Shown one piece after another: positions 21,088 through 30,795 of a stretch of 64,000 nt of DNA (its first letter is position 1; each line of letters begins with the position of its first letter). Below the pieces are notes generated by a model. The model ran no database searches. It worked only from the letters and a program-made list of their open reading frames with translations, and was not told where the DNA came from. Made by a program: the position numbers and the translations under genes. The stretch lies in NCBI GenBank assembly GCA_963663865.1, contig OY760686.1:736001-800000 (forward strand). The letters are read 5' to 3'. Source of the stretch: Spirochaetota bacterium. GTDB lineage: Bacteria; Spirochaetota; UBA4802; UBA5550.

Positions 21088-22740
21088 ATGTTTTATCAGA
21101 AAAGCCGATGGCTTGTTGTACCACTGTCAGCCGCAATGCTTTTTTTCGCTGCCTGTTCTGACGATGACAGCTCGGACAAAGAGGTTGATCCTGGGCAGAA
21201 CCAGGAAGAAGACTTCAAGCTTGCATCTCAGATAGAGGTTGATGGAGGACTTGTCTCGGGCATGGCCCAGGGCACAGTTACTTCTTTCAAAGGAATTCCA
21301 TATGCTGCCCCTCCGGCAGGGGACCTGCGTTGGAAGGCCCCTCAGTCGGTTGTAGCATGGGACGGAGTGAAGGAGTGTGATGAGTTTGGTCCAAGCGCGA
21401 TTCAGACGGATCAGTCATCGGATGATACATGGACAACAGAGTTTATCATCGATACAAGTCTTGGATATTCTGAAGGGGAATGTCTGACTTTAAATGTCTG
21501 GACCGACAATGTCAGCTCTGACGGAGAAAGGCCGGTAATATTTTATATTCACGGGGGCGGATACACAGCCGGCGGTTCATCCTGTGAGGTTTACAGCGGT
21601 CAGGAAATAGCAAAAAAAGGGGCCGTGTATGTAAGCATTAACTATCGAGTCGCTGCTAATGGATTCCTTGCCCATCCGCTTCTGTCAGCTGAATCAGAAG
21701 AAAACGTGTCAGGTAACTACGGAATCCTTGATATGGTCGCGGCCCTGAAATGGGTAAAGAATAACATATCCAGGTTCGGCGGAGATCCGGAGAATGTGAC
21801 AATTGTAGGACAGTCTGCCGGAGCAGGTTCGGTGAGCTGTCTTATTATTTCTCCGAAGGCTGCCGGGCTGTTCCACCGGGCGGTGGTACTTAGCTACAAT
21901 TACATTAACTCGGCTATGCCGACGCTGGAAAGCCTTGAGACTCAGTCTGAAGCGGCTGCCGACCTTGCCGGTAAAACGCTTGAAGAGATGAGAGCGATGA
22001 CAACGGATGAACTGAAAGCGCTTCTATCCAACCCATTTATGTCGCAGGTGTCCTGTCAGCCATGTGTTGACGGTGTTGTGATTCCTAAAAACACCCTTGA
22101 AACATATAAGGAAGGGACCCAGAATGATGTTCCAATTATGACGGGGATGGCCGCTGAAGATATTATATTTTTTGGAGCATTCCCATCATGGTTTCAGCCC
22201 GATCCGACGGCAATGACGATTGCGGAATACACCGAGAAGATAACTAATGTTTATGGGGATCTGGCTGATGAGTGTCTTTCCGCCTACCCGGCTTCAGATG
22301 ACGATGAGGCGCTTGCGTCATACGTAGCTCTTTCAAGGGAAAACTTCCTTGCGGATCAGTACTTTTTGGCAAAGGCAAGAGCATTGAAAGGAAACAGCTC
22401 AACATATCTGTATTACTACACACATGTAATGCCGGGTGAAAACTCTGATACTATCGGAGCCTTCCATACATCGGATGTTCCATACTTTCTGAACTATTTC
22501 TCCGGTGAGAGGTCTGATTATTGGACACAGGCGGATTATGATATGGGAGAGGCTATGTCCTCTTATCTTGTAAATTTCGCTAAAAACGGCGATCCGAACG
22601 GGAGTGGTCTTACCGAATGGGGCGCATTTGACGGCGGTATGGATTTCTTTGAGTTAGGTGATACCATTTCACCGTTATCGTTCAGTGAAGCAAAGGCGGC
22701 GTTCTGGAATACCTACGGTAGTGAAAAACTGGGGCTTTAA
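21088..22740 (+). CDS. Type-B carboxylesterase lipoprotein
   Basis: Lipobox FFAAC; FKGIPYAAPP.G.LRW, CLTLNVW, IHGGG, GQSAG nucleophile, FHTSD His. GGAGG RBS before ATG 21088. Confidence 0.93.
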   Translation: MFYQKSRWLVVPLSAAMLFFAACSDDDSSDKEVDPGQNQEEDFKLASQIEVDGGLVSGMAQGTVTSFKGIPYAAPPAGDLRWKAPQSVVAWDGVKECDEFGPSAIQTDQSSDDTWTTEFIIDTSLGYSEGECLTLNVWTDNVSSDGERPVIFYIHGGGYTAGGSSCEVYSGQEIAKKGAVYVSINYRVAANGFLAHPLLSAESEENVSGNYGILDMVAALKWVKNNISRFGGDPENVTIVGQSAGAGSVSCLIISPKAAGLFHRAVVLSYNYINSAMPTLESLETQSEAAADLAGKTLEEMRAMTTDELKALLSNPFMSQVSCQPCVDGVVIPKNTLETYKEGTQNDVPIMTGMAAEDIIFFGAFPSWFQPDPTAMTIAEYTEKITNVYGDLADECLSAYPASDDDEALASYVALSRENFLADQYFLAKARALKGNSSTYLYYYTHVMPGENSDTIGAFHTSDVPYFLNYFSGERSDYWTQADYDMGEAMSSYLVNFAKNGDPNGSGLTEWGAFDGGMDFFELGDTISPLSFSEAKAAFWNTYGSEKLGL

Positions 22741-22911
22741 GGCGGGTTTTCGTTTTTTTCAGTGAATGTACGGGGCAAGCTTCTATTTGGCTGCACAGCG
22801 CAAGACGCTTTTCTCATGCCAGGGAGCCTGCCGTTCTTTTAATTCTGCCATTGTGTTCCAGTGAGCCGATGGTACATCCACGTCCTGAGAATTAGTCACT
22901 GTGAAATAATC

Positions 22912-22960
22912 CGGATAGCGGGTAGAGCCGCCCAATTTGGGCGGCTCTACCCGCTATCCG
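22912..22960. repeat. GTAG-type REP-like palindrome with extended arms
   Basis: CGGATAGCGGGTAGAGCCGCCCAA-T-TTGGGCGGCTCTACCCGCTATCCG with perfect 24-bp arms. The same core occurs at 34835, 35398 and 43192. Confidence 0.85.
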
Positions 22961-23301
22961 ATAAGCCTGCTAAGGGTACCGTGCTCCCTTGATTTCATGT
23001 TAAGATATCTTTTGCACTGTTCAAGGCGACTGTAGCCCAGCATCGTTCCAAGAATGAAATCCTCTTCAGGAGTAAACTCGGAGAGTTTCTTGTCCCCGAA
23101 GTTCTTGATTACCTCTACACATTCTCTGGCGCCGAAAAAGATATTAATGCCGGGTCCGTCAAGAAACCTCACTATAAAATCTATGTTGTTTTTATCCAGC
23201 TTTCTGACTGCTTCGTCATGAAAGCTCTTGTCGAGTGTGTGCAGGACAAGGTTTCGAAGCCCTTTCTTGTATTCATATATGTGATGTACCAGAACTTTCA
23301 T
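22954..23301 (-). CDS. DUF2023 family protein
   Basis: HHIYEYKKGLRNLVL...TPEEDFILGTMLGY...QC.RY; downstream of flavodoxin, as is typical for this family. Confidence 0.85.
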   Translation of the reverse strand: MKVLVHHIYEYKKGLRNLVLHTLDKSFHDEAVRKLDKNNIDFIVRFLDGPGINIFFGARECVEVIKNFGDKKLSEFTPEEDFILGTMLGYSRLEQCKRYLNMKSREHGTLSRLIG

Positions 23302-23312
23302 AGTGTTAATCC

Positions 23313-23813
23313 TTAAAGGTCTTCTCTGATTGACTCAAGCCAGGCCCTGATTCTGTCGGCAGTCCTGTCGCTTTCATTATCCTCGTCAAGGGCAAGGCCG
23401 ACAAATTTACCGTCTTTGACGGCTTTGGAGTCGCTGTAGGAGTAGCCCTCATCGGACCAGCTGCCTATAACATTCGCTGATGTCCCGCTCAGCGTTTCAT
23501 AAATAGTCCCCATCGCGTCAACAAAAGTCTCCGGATAAGATGATGCGTCCCCAAGGCCGAATAAGGCGACAGTTTTATTCTTCAGGTTGAGCTTTGAAAG
23601 CTCAGGAAGGAAAGAGTCCCAGTCATCCTGAATGTCTCCGTATCCCCAGGTAGATGTACCGAGAATGAAGTTGTCATATTCACCCCATATTCCGGGATCA
23701 GCCTTGCTTATGTCGAAGAGAGAAGCGTCAGGTCCCAGAGTATTAGCGATTTCTCTGGCGGCATTTTCTGTATTTCCAGTAGTTGAACCGTAAACTACAG
23801 CTGTTCTTTTCAT
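23313..23813 (-). CDS. fldA: Long-chain flavodoxin
   Basis: YGSTTGNTE, GTSTWGYG, FGLGD, FVGLALDEDN. ATG 23813 follows GAGGTG. Confidence 0.93.
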   Translation of the reverse strand: MKRTAVVYGSTTGNTENAAREIANTLGPDASLFDISKADPGIWGEYDNFILGTSTWGYGDIQDDWDSFLPELSKLNLKNKTVALFGLGDASSYPETFVDAMGTIYETLSGTSANVIGSWSDEGYSYSDSKAVKDGKFVGLALDEDNESDRTADRIRAWLESIREDL

Positions 23814-23923
23814 AGTGTAACACCTCGAAATTATATATTGACTGAAAGTTCCTGTTGAAAATATGCTCCGCCGCACATGGCGGCAGAGTAAATAATCAGG
23901 AGAAGCAACAGTCGACAAGAACA

Positions 23924-23951
23924 AAGTTAGCTAAGTCTAAATAATAGTCAA
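23924..23951 (-). promoter_or_regulatory. Sigma70-like promoter of flavodoxin overlapped by a TTAG-N6-CTAA operator
   Basis: Minus strand TTGACT-16 bp-TAACTT; palindrome TTAGCTAAGTCTAA at 23927-23940. Confidence 0.6.
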
Positions 23952-24012
23952 GGATATTCTCCTCTTTTTCAGGATAAAATAAAAAATATGACAGAAAGTG
24001 TTGTGACAGACT

Positions 24013-25146
24013 TCACAAAAGGCTGTCGGCAAGCTTTTCAATGGAAAAGTTATAGGACTTTTGGTCCTTATTGGCATGCACGGAAAGGGTTTTGAAGTCT
24101 ATTCTCGGCCAGTTTTTGCGGTCGAGGATCCTCCTGTACTTGTTCAGGTTTTCCCTGTCAATTACAGCCATTCTTGTCTTGAACTCGGTGCTGTGCGGGA
24201 GAAAGTCTTTCCCGTGCAGAAAGTCATATAACAGGACAGCGGCCGCGGCCCCGTCGGTGAAATGCCCACCCGCTGTCGCGGTCATTGAGCCCTCGCTGAC
24301 TGCCGAAACAGCCTCTGAAATCGCGTCAACCCCGCCTGTTATAATGTTTTCACCGGGGACAAGCCCCATTTGTCTGGCTGCTGACACAACACCGAGAGCG
24401 GCCATGTCGCTGTCGCACCATACGACTGATATCTGTCCGGGAGACGGCTTAAACTCATCACTGAAAATACTCCGTGACCTGTCAAAGCGTGAGAAATTAT
24501 AGCTGAGGCTTATATGTTTCAAGTCGGGATACTTCTTTAGGGCCCTGTTGAACCCCGAGGTTCTGGAAGTTGAGTAGATTCTGAGACTCGTGCCCGGGAA
24601 AGAATAGATTACCGGGAGGCTGCTTTTCGTTAATGCCTCCTGTATTAATCGATCGGCGAGGCGACGGCCGGCATCAGCTTCATCGGGAATTACCTGCCCA
24701 ATCCAGTATCGGTACTTGAGGCGTGGCTTCCCGGCGAATTGCGAGAGCGGCCCGTTGATGTTTATTGCCGGTATGCGAAGAGCTTCAACGGCGTCGAGAA
24801 GCATAGTGGTACCCGGATATGAGGGAACAAAGATTACAGCGTCAGGCCTGTTTTCAATCAGGAATTCGACAAGTGATTCGTTTATCGCGGCCGTGTCAGG
24901 CACTATAGAATGGCTGATGAAGTTCATTCCGAGGGACTGAACAGCTACCCTGGTGAAATCCCTCAGGTCTTTGAAGAAAACCGACGGATCGCGGGCGATT
25001 TCATAGAAACCGCTGAACTCAATATAGGCAACTGTCGGTTTTTTTTTGTCACCCGGGCGGCTGAAGAACGGAGATAAAAAATAGAGTAAAGACAGAACGA
25101 GCAGAAGAGACAGAAGGATAGCGTATAACAGGCTCTTTTTCTTCAT
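24013..25146 (-). CDS. Sugar-type periplasmic binding protein, third paralogue, stand-alone
   Basis: N-terminal TM; WIGQVIPDE, VVWCDSD, GGVD, ATAGGHF, LLYDFLHGKDF. Confidence 0.85.
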   Translation of the reverse strand: MKKKSLLYAILLSLLLVLSLLYFLSPFFSRPGDKKKPTVAYIEFSGFYEIARDPSVFFKDLRDFTRVAVQSLGMNFISHSIVPDTAAINESLVEFLIENRPDAVIFVPSYPGTTMLLDAVEALRIPAININGPLSQFAGKPRLKYRYWIGQVIPDEADAGRRLADRLIQEALTKSSLPVIYSFPGTSLRIYSTSRTSGFNRALKKYPDLKHISLSYNFSRFDRSRSIFSDEFKPSPGQISVVWCDSDMAALGVVSAARQMGLVPGENIITGGVDAISEAVSAVSEGSMTATAGGHFTDGAAAAVLLYDFLHGKDFLPHSTEFKTRMAVIDRENLNKYRRILDRKNWPRIDFKTLSVHANKDQKSYNFSIEKLADSLL

Positions 25147-25272
25147 AGCTCTTATTGTATATCAGAGAGATAAGAAAGATTCAAGAAAAAAACTGCGGCC
25201 TGGATCTGTACCTGCGGGATAACCCGATGCAGCCCGGCTGCAGTCAATTAGACGTCGGGCCGCGGGGCTGTC

Positions 25273-25965
25273 TTACAGGGCCAGGAGATAGCCTGCACCG
25301 ACACCGACGAAAATGTTTCCCTTAAGTCCTTCCGAATCATATTCGTCTTGCAAAGCACTTGGAGGGTTGTTAGCCACTCTGGGGAAGAAAGTATATTCTG
25401 CAGAAGCAGAAATAAACAGATTGTCATACATTCTAATATTTCCTCTTATCCCTGCCACCAGGAGACAGGTAAAATTATGCTCTGAAGATGTTTCATGCTG
25501 ATAGTATTCCATTTCTAGAGAGGAATAATTGTCAAATATCCCGGCAGAGATAAATGTTGTCATAACAATTCTATCTGTGAACACAATATTTGTTCCAACG
25601 TTTGCCCGGCAGTATAATGCCTGTGAATCATATTTCGTGTATGCGGAGGAAGGAGGATCATACTCATAAGAATAATCATATTCAATCTTGTTATGCTCAA
25701 AAAATCCGATTGTAAAGCTGTAATGCAGAAAATCGAAATATGAATTGCTTACAGTGAGATTGCATCCTGTCGAATTGTCCTTTGCCAGATCCAGGAACTG
25801 GTATGTGAAGTTAAATGCGATTCCTTTTGAGGGCTTAACATAATCTGCCGATGATTGCCGTGTTGAGTCTTCTGAAGCATCCTGGCTCCCCTGCGCGGCA
25901 AGCTGAAGCGACAATGAAGCGAACAATACGAGGACCGAAAACGTGAACAATGCTGTTTTTTTCAT
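25273..25965 (-). CDS. Hypothetical exported protein, possibly an outer-membrane beta-barrel
   Basis: Signal peptide; alternating hydrophobic and aromatic strands; C-terminal IFVGVGAGY. Confidence 0.65.
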   Translation of the reverse strand: MKKTALFTFSVLVLFASLSLQLAAQGSQDASEDSTRQSSADYVKPSKGIAFNFTYQFLDLAKDNSTGCNLTVSNSYFDFLHYSFTIGFFEHNKIEYDYSYEYDPPSSAYTKYDSQALYCRANVGTNIVFTDRIVMTTFISAGIFDNYSSLEMEYYQHETSSEHNFTCLLVAGIRGNIRMYDNLFISASAEYTFFPRVANNPPSALQDEYDSEGLKGNIFVGVGAGYLLAL

Positions 25966-26329
25966 AAATAAAATCCCTTGCCTTTAAATAAGTTCTGATC
26001 TGTGTCGTTTGATAATCAGTGTGGCTGAACTCTGCTCAGGCCTAACGGAGAGAATCAACACTTATTATCGATTCAGTAAAAAATAAAGTCAAACAAAAAA
26101 ATGCTCTGTAATGGCGGGACGAGTGTCGAAAGCGGTATGATGCGGGGCGAATCTCACTGAAGGATTTTCAGTTTACGCGGATTAACCGTTAATGGACAAG
26201 ATATTTGATTAAGGCTGGCCCAACCTGTTTCCGCTGTTTCTTGACTCACGCGGAAGAAACGCATGTTATCTTAGAAAAAATTTGTTAAAAAAAATGTTAA
26301 TCATACACTTAACAATTATGGAGGTCACA

Positions 26330-27481
26330 ATGAAAAGCATATATATCAAATTGGCTGCTGTGTGCCTGACGATGGCAATGTTCTCATGCGAAAGTGATGA
26401 CAGCAAAGTTGAAGACAGCCCGGGAAATGAGAGCAGACCGCCTCTGGAGGGGGTTTTTATGACAGCCAATCCCACACAAAATGTTTTTGCTCCAACATCT
26501 CCCAGGTACTGGATAAATGGTGAAATAAACAGCCTCGAACTGCCCGATCCCTGTAACGTGGCAACCAGCATAGCTGTCAGCAATGAAGACGTCTATGTGG
26601 GCGGTTATTGTCAAATGTCTATAAACAACTTTAATAGATATGTAGCAGCATACTGGAAAAACGGGATACGTACTACCCTTCAAGATCAGAGTCATGAATC
26701 ATGGATATATTGCACGGCTGCCGATGAAGATGGGAACATATACTTTGGAGGCAGGCTCGGCGAGAACACGGCTTATTGGAAAAACGGAGAAACCGAGGTT
26801 GAGTGGTCTACGCCGGGCAAAGTGCTTGATGCGGCAGCCTTAGGAAACAGGGTGTTTTTTGGCGGTTACAGGGAGATGAATGATGTCAATGTTGCTACTC
26901 TCTGGGAGGCAGGAAATGGCAGGGCAATCAGCCTGCTGAGTAATCCCTACGGTCAGCAGCACGGGGCAAGCGTATATGCCGTTGCGGTTGATTCTCAGGG
27001 CAATATTTACGCGGGAGGTTACTGTTCAGACGAGTCAAATAATACTTTTGCTGGCTACTGGAAGAACGGGGTGTGGGTAGCATTGATAAATTCAGACGAT
27101 GAAGGCGCAGGAGTGAATTCTGCAGTTTTAGATATCTTCATTTCTGGTGATGATATCTACATGTCCGGTTCGTTGCGTAATAATACCACAGATGAACAGA
27201 CTATACCGGAACCAGGGTACTGGAAGAACGAAGAATGGAATTCCCTTGATAACAGCATGTATCCGGGAGCGGAAGTGTCTCCGGCAGGAATTGGTGTTAA
27301 GGACGGTGACGTCTATGTTCTCGGTGAGGTATGCATAATGAATGATTCCTATGAACCTGGACAGAGCCCTTACAGTCAGTTTTACTGCGGTTACTGGCTC
27401 AACGGCGAGTGGTTTGACCTGGACGGCTGGGACAAGACCGCGTACCCTGGCTCGTACGCGGGCGGAATGTGCGTTAAGTAA
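26330..27481 (+). CDS. Lipoprotein with about 7 YWKNG-type repeats (probable beta-propeller)
   Basis: Lipobox MFSC; repeated DVYVGGY / NIYAGGY and YWING, YWKNG, YWKNE, YWLNG motifs. GGAGG RBS. Confidence 0.8.
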   Translation: MKSIYIKLAAVCLTMAMFSCESDDSKVEDSPGNESRPPLEGVFMTANPTQNVFAPTSPRYWINGEINSLELPDPCNVATSIAVSNEDVYVGGYCQMSINNFNRYVAAYWKNGIRTTLQDQSHESWIYCTAADEDGNIYFGGRLGENTAYWKNGETEVEWSTPGKVLDAAALGNRVFFGGYREMNDVNVATLWEAGNGRAISLLSNPYGQQHGASVYAVAVDSQGNIYAGGYCSDESNNTFAGYWKNGVWVALINSDDEGAGVNSAVLDIFISGDDIYMSGSLRNNTTDEQTIPEPGYWKNEEWNSLDNSMYPGAEVSPAGIGVKDGDVYVLGEVCIMNDSYEPGQSPYSQFYCGYWLNGEWFDLDGWDKTAYPGSYAGGMCVK

Positions 27482-27629
27482 AAGCCAGCCGAAGCATACC
27501 CTCAGGGTCGAAGCAGCTTCGGCCCTGATGTTTTCTCAAAGCAATGTGTAAGAAACAGCCCGGGCAAAGTGTTTGGCAGGGCATGGCGCGGGCCGTGAGG
27601 CCTGTTGCCATATTGTGTACATCCTCCCC

Positions 27630-30095
27630 TTACTTAACAACAACGTTTACAAGCTTGCCCGGTACGGCGATTACCTTAACGACACTTTTGCCGGCAGTAA
27701 GCTCTGCCACCTTCTCGTTCGACATGGCCATCTTCTCCATCTCATCCTTCGATATGGAGGAAGGTGCCTGGACCTTCGCGCGGATCTTGCCGTTGACCTG
27801 GAAGACGAGCTCAACCTCGTCCCTTGCTGTCAGCTCCTCGATGTATGAAGGCCACTTGACCGAAGAGAGCCCGCCGCTGCGGCCGGTCATTTCCCACAGC
27901 TCCTCAGCGGCATGCGGAATGAACGGATAGAGCATCGGAATGAACAGGGAGAAGACCTCTCCGAGAAGGGCGCGTCCTTCCGGTTTCTCAAACTCGGTCT
28001 CCGGGGTCTGATACAGCGCGTTGGTGAGCTCCATCATTCTCGCGATAGCCGTGTTATACTGCATTCTTTCCTCAATATCGCCGGTTACAATCTTAAGCGA
28101 GCGGTGAAGCTCAATGCGAAGATCACGGAGTGTGCCGTTCAGCTCTCCGGACACTTCAGAAGAGAAATCAGCCACATCCGCGAATTTATTAACAAATCTC
28201 CAGATGCGGTTAATGAACCTGTACGCGCCTTCAACGCCCCTGTCCGACCAGTCAAGGTCCTTCTGCGGCGGTGCGGCGAACAGCATGAATAGCCTCGCGG
28301 TATCGGCGCCGTATCTGGCGATAATCTCGTCGGGATCAACGACATTGCCTTTGGACTTGCTCATCTTGGCGCCGTCCTTGATTACCATGCCCTGAGTCAG
28401 CAGTCTTTTGAATGGCTCGCTCGACTTCAGAAGGCCCAGGTCGTGAAGCACCATTGAGAAAAATCTCGCGTAGAGCAGGTGAAGAACCGCGTGCTCTATG
28501 CCGCCAATGTACTGGTCAACGGGCATCCAGTAGGCGGCCTCGTCTTTGTCGAACGGAGCGTTAGCACAGCCCGGCGATGTATAGCGCGCGTAGTACCACG
28601 AAGAGTCGACAAAGGTGTCCATCGTATCAGTCTCACGTCTTGCGGCAGCTCCGCATTTCGGACAGGTTGCGTGCAGGAACGAGTCCATCCGCCCTAAAGG
28701 AGACCTTGAGTCGCCGTGAAAGTCAACTTCGGTAGGCAGTACTACCGGAAGCTCGCTTTCGGGAACGGGGACAGCCCCGCAGCTTTCGCAGTAGATTATC
28801 GGAATCGGACAGCCCCAGTAGCGCTGCCTTGAGATGCCCCAGTCGCGCAGGCGGTAGTTGACCTGCCTCTTGCCGAAGCCTTCGGACTCGGCAAAGTCGG
28901 ATATTTTGTCCTTTGCCTCTTCGTTTCCGAGGCCCGAAAAGCCGGCCGAGTTGACGCAGATTCCCGGTTCAGAGTAGGCGTCCTCCATTGTGTTGACGTC
29001 AATCGGCGAGCCGGGATTGTCTATAACGAGTTTGACGGGAATGCCGTATTTCTTCGCGAAGGCGAAGTCGCGCGAGTCGTGCGCGGGTACGCTCATAATA
29101 GCGCCGGTCCCGTAGCCCATAAGTACGAAGTTGCCCGCGTAAAGGGGGACCTTTTCTCCGGTGAAGGGGTTGATCACCTTAATGCCCGAATCGCTCCCCT
29201 CCTTTTCTCTGGATTCATCGGTCCTTTCGCTTGAACTCTGCTTTCCTATCCTTTCAATGAAGTCCCTGACCGCCGGGTCCTGTACGTTTTTAAAGACAGG
29301 ATGTTCGGGCGCGGCAACCATAAAGGTTACACCGTAGACCGTGTCGGGCCTTGTCGTGTAAACCGGAAAGGGCGAGCCGTTCTCAAGCCTGAACTCAATC
29401 TCAAGACCGGTTGACCGGCCGATCCAGTTCTTCTGCATGGTGATGACCTGCTCAGGCCAGCTGCCCTCAAGCTCCGAGTGCCCGTCAAGAAGCCTTTCGG
29501 CGTAGTCGGTAATTTTGAAGAACCACTGCTCAAGCTCCTTCTGGACGACCTCGGAGTCGCAGCGCCAGCAGACGCCGTTTTCAGCCTGTTCGTTGGCAAG
29601 TACAGTCTGACACTCGGGGCACCAGTTGACCGAAGAGCGTTTTTTATAGACCAGTCCTCTTTCCAGCATCTTCAGGAATATCCACTGGTTCCAGCGGTAG
29701 TATTCGGGTTTATAGGTCGCTACCTCCCTGTCCCAGTCATATGAAATACCGAGCCGCTTGAGCTGTACTTTCATGTGCTCAATGTTTTCAGCCGTCCACT
29801 TCGCGGGCGGAATATTGTTCTTAATGGCCGCGTTCTCAGCAGGCATCCCGAAAGAGTCCCATCCAATGGGGTGAAACACGTTTTTGCCCTTCATCCTCAT
29901 AAAGCGTGCGATAATATCGCCGATGGTGTAGTTCCTCACATGCCCCATGTGGAGCTTGCCCGACGGATAGGGGAACATCTCAAGCACATAGTACTTCTCC
30001 CTGCTGTCCGGCGAGCACTTGAAGGCAAGGGTCTCATCCCATGTCTTCTGCCATCTGGTCTCAATTTCATTAAAGCTGTAATCCCTTTCTTTCAT
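27630..30095 (-). CDS. leuS: Leucine--tRNA ligase
   Basis: MFPYPSGKLHMGH (HIGH), YTTRPDT editing domain, SRQRYWG, KMSKS. Start at MKERDY, ATG 30095, after GAGG. Confidence 0.97.
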   Translation of the reverse strand: MKERDYSFNEIETRWQKTWDETLAFKCSPDSREKYYVLEMFPYPSGKLHMGHVRNYTIGDIIARFMRMKGKNVFHPIGWDSFGMPAENAAIKNNIPPAKWTAENIEHMKVQLKRLGISYDWDREVATYKPEYYRWNQWIFLKMLERGLVYKKRSSVNWCPECQTVLANEQAENGVCWRCDSEVVQKELEQWFFKITDYAERLLDGHSELEGSWPEQVITMQKNWIGRSTGLEIEFRLENGSPFPVYTTRPDTVYGVTFMVAAPEHPVFKNVQDPAVRDFIERIGKQSSSERTDESREKEGSDSGIKVINPFTGEKVPLYAGNFVLMGYGTGAIMSVPAHDSRDFAFAKKYGIPVKLVIDNPGSPIDVNTMEDAYSEPGICVNSAGFSGLGNEEAKDKISDFAESEGFGKRQVNYRLRDWGISRQRYWGCPIPIIYCESCGAVPVPESELPVVLPTEVDFHGDSRSPLGRMDSFLHATCPKCGAAARRETDTMDTFVDSSWYYARYTSPGCANAPFDKDEAAYWMPVDQYIGGIEHAVLHLLYARFFSMVLHDLGLLKSSEPFKRLLTQGMVIKDGAKMSKSKGNVVDPDEIIARYGADTARLFMLFAAPPQKDLDWSDRGVEGAYRFINRIWRFVNKFADVADFSSEVSGELNGTLRDLRIELHRSLKIVTGDIEERMQYNTAIARMMELTNALYQTPETEFEKPEGRALLGEVFSLFIPMLYPFIPHAAEELWEMTGRSGGLSSVKWPSYIEELTARDEVELVFQVNGKIRAKVQAPSSISKDEMEKMAMSNEKVAELTAGKSVVKVIAVPGKLVNVVVK

Positions 30096-30156
30096 TGTAT
30101 CCTCATAATTAAGTAAGCCGCGGGAGGGCTGTGATAGTCGGAACGAAGGCGGAGCT

Positions 30157-30654
30157 TCAGCGGCCGGAAAACCTGTCTGACTCAGATCTGAAAATGTCAA
30201 GAATCGTCTCGGGCGATGACGCCGAAATAATCTTTTCTTTGGCCCTTTCATTTTTCAGAATAGCCATGATATTGGAAAGGAGCCTCAGGTAGTCCTTGTG
30301 CTGGTCCTGACCCGCAACGACAAGAATAATCAGGTGAACGGGGTTGCCGTCGAGCGAATCAAAGTCGATGCCTCTGGGCGAAATCCCGACCGCGAAGGCC
30401 ATCTCCCTGATGCAGTCGATCTTCGCGTGCGGAATGGCAATGCCAAGCCCGATCCCGGTGCTCATAATCTCTTCGCGCTCGCGCAGGGCAGCAATCAGGC
30501 TTTCGGTGCTTTCGCACACATCAGAGCACTCAAAGACGCCGGCAAGCTCCTCAATGGCCCGGTACTTGTTGTCCGCCTCAAGGGTTTTAATGTAAACAGA
30601 TTTTGTATAGTCGATAACCGGAGACATCCGCAACCTCTTAAAAAATATTACCAT
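30157..30654 (-). CDS. PTS EIIA (fructose/nitrogen-type) domain protein
   Basis: REREEIMSTGIGLGIAIPHAK, GIDFDSLDGNPVHLI; the true start may be about 30627. Confidence 0.9.
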   Translation of the reverse strand: MVIFFKRLRMSPVIDYTKSVYIKTLEADNKYRAIEELAGVFECSDVCESTESLIAALREREEIMSTGIGLGIAIPHAKIDCIREMAFAVGISPRGIDFDSLDGNPVHLIILVVAGQDQHKDYLRLLSNIMAILKNERAKEKIISASSPETILDIFRSESDRFSGR

Positions 30655-30721
30655 TACTCATTCAAACTTTTAACAGAAGATGTCAATTATAATTCCTCTG
30701 CGGAAAAAAGTCATCAATTTT

Positions 30722-30795
30722 TGGGCGTGTCCCGCCTGTCGGCGGGCCGGGCTTTCCCTTCAGGCCTGCGGCCTTCCGGTCAATCCCTCACGCGG
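30722..30795. repeat. GC-rich multi-hairpin intergenic element (REP-like), single copy in this window
   Basis: Outer GCGTG...CACGC, inner CCCGCC-TGTC-GGCGGG and AGGCC-TGC-GGCCT stems. Confidence 0.4.

Noticed and set aside
30096-30251. N-terminal extension of LeuS in the ORF track
   Set aside because: Overlaps the PTS EIIA gene; the RBS and family-typical start are at 30095.
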